The position numbers were made by a program, and so were the translations under genes. Positions 62,806-64,000 of a stretch of DNA of 64,000 nt are shown here, in pieces. The notes under the pieces are model-generated. The model saw nothing but the letters and a program-made list of their open reading frames with translations. It was not told where the DNA came from and ran no database searches. The DNA comes from Neocallimastix sp. 'constans' (lineage: Eukaryota). Where the stretch lies: positions 1,612,001-1,676,000 of the forward strand of contig JBODTK010000001.1 in assembly GCA_050613775.1 (NCBI GenBank). Direction: 5' to 3'. The first letter of the stretch is position 1. Each line of letters begins with the position of its first letter.

Positions 62806-64000
62806 ATGAATACATATTTATTTGCTGTTTTAGTATTATTAATTCACACAGTTTTCGCTGATGAGTACCCATACAAGTCAACCTTTTACGGTTGTCCAGA
62901 TGAATGTAGTACTCAAGAAAGTCCAAAATGTAGTCATGGTCTTCCAAGTAACAATTTCTTTGTTGCTTTAGTAAGTTTATATTTTATTTTGATTTGATAA
63001 AAAAGGAAATGAAATTTTTTGATATAGTTTTTTATTTGAAGGAGTTTGATATTTGTATATGAGGAGTTATTTGTTTATTGTTAAGAAATGTAATAATATA
63101 ATAATTAAATATTGATTTGTATCATTTAATTTATTAAATAATAAAAATTTAGCATCCACGCTATTTCAAGAGCAAGCCATACAAGTACTGTGATAACTAT
63201 TATGTCGGTATGACTATTGATGCCAAGGCCAGTGGTGAATATAAGCTTGGTAAGTTAAAAAAAAAAGTGAAATATATTGATGAAAATAGAATAAATTGAA
63301 GTTATAGTATAAATTGAAGTTTGTTGCTGTAAATAAAAGAATAAAATTAATAAGAAAAATTTAAAAATTTTATAAAAAAATAGTAAGAGCTAAGGTTGTT
63401 GATCAATGTGGTACTTGTGCTGAAACTCAAGTTGATCTTTCTCAAACTGCTTTCGAACATCTTGCTAAGAAGAGCACTGGTGTTATTAACATGATCTACG
63501 TTATTGTTGATGCTGATTCTAAGGAAATTATTGATGGTCCACACTACAATAGTTCAGCTATGAATGCTTTCGCTAAGGCTAAGGGTGTTTCTAAGAGTAC
63601 TATTGTTAACTCTTTCAAACAAGCCGCTAGAGCTATGTCTGGTAGTGAAAAGGGTATGCGTAAGTACCCATGGGAAGATGGAAGCTTTGATGCTGGTAAG
63701 GATGATGAAGATGATCATGAAGAAAAAGAAGAAAAGAAGACTACTCGTAAGAGCACTCGTAAGACCACTACCACTCGTAAGACCACTACTCACAAGGCTA
63801 CTACTCGTAAGACCACTACCACTACTACTGTTGTAAAGAAGACTTCTGCTGTTGTTTTCCCAACTGTTGCTAAGACTTCTGCTGTCGTTTTCCCAACTGT
63901 AGCTAAGACTGCTGAAACTCCAGCTACTCCAATTATTCCACCAAAGAGTGTTAAAGCTATTCCAATTGTTAAACCAAGTACTATTAAGGCTATTCCAATT
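62806..64000 (+). CDS. Secreted expansin/RlpA-like double-psi beta-barrel protein with a Thr/Lys-rich linker (3' end outside window); exons 62806-62970, 63153-63249, 63384->64000
   Basis: Signal peptide, STFY, FFVAL and VRAKVVDQCGTCAETQVDLSQTAFEHLA (DPBB motif), then TTRKTTT repeats. Confidence 0.8.

Overview
Extremely AT-rich, intron-containing eukaryotic DNA. Homopolymers, (AAT)n tracts, fungal-type genes and intronless bacterial-like GT2 genes suggest an anaerobic gut fungus (Neocallimastigomycota); this is inference. Hand-spliced genes: a CDF/ZnT zinc transporter, Swd2/WDR82 (one complete copy plus a tandem 5'-truncated duplicate), Rpb4, a PNPOx-like FMN-binding protein split by a long low-complexity insert, Cfd1/NUBP2, a Bub1/Mad3 kinase, three membrane-anchored GT2 glycosyltransferases, and a secreted expansin-like DPBB protein that runs off the window. 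The main discovery is two GC-richer elements of about 0.45-0.5 kb (8087-8535 + and 41826-42339 -). Each has an exact 13-bp target-site duplication. They share little primary sequence but share covarying RNA structure modules and a 3' hairpin-AAGTCTA end. One has a tRNA-derived head with encoded CCA, and its empty site is visible in the duplicated Swd2 intron. Together they look like a family of structured SINE-like retroposons. Also present: a Mutator-like foldback element with a 9-bp TSD, a second long foldback relic, apparent gene conversion between GT2 paralogs, and frequent A-rich AAG splice acceptors. All coordinates and alignments were read by eye; no database searches were run.
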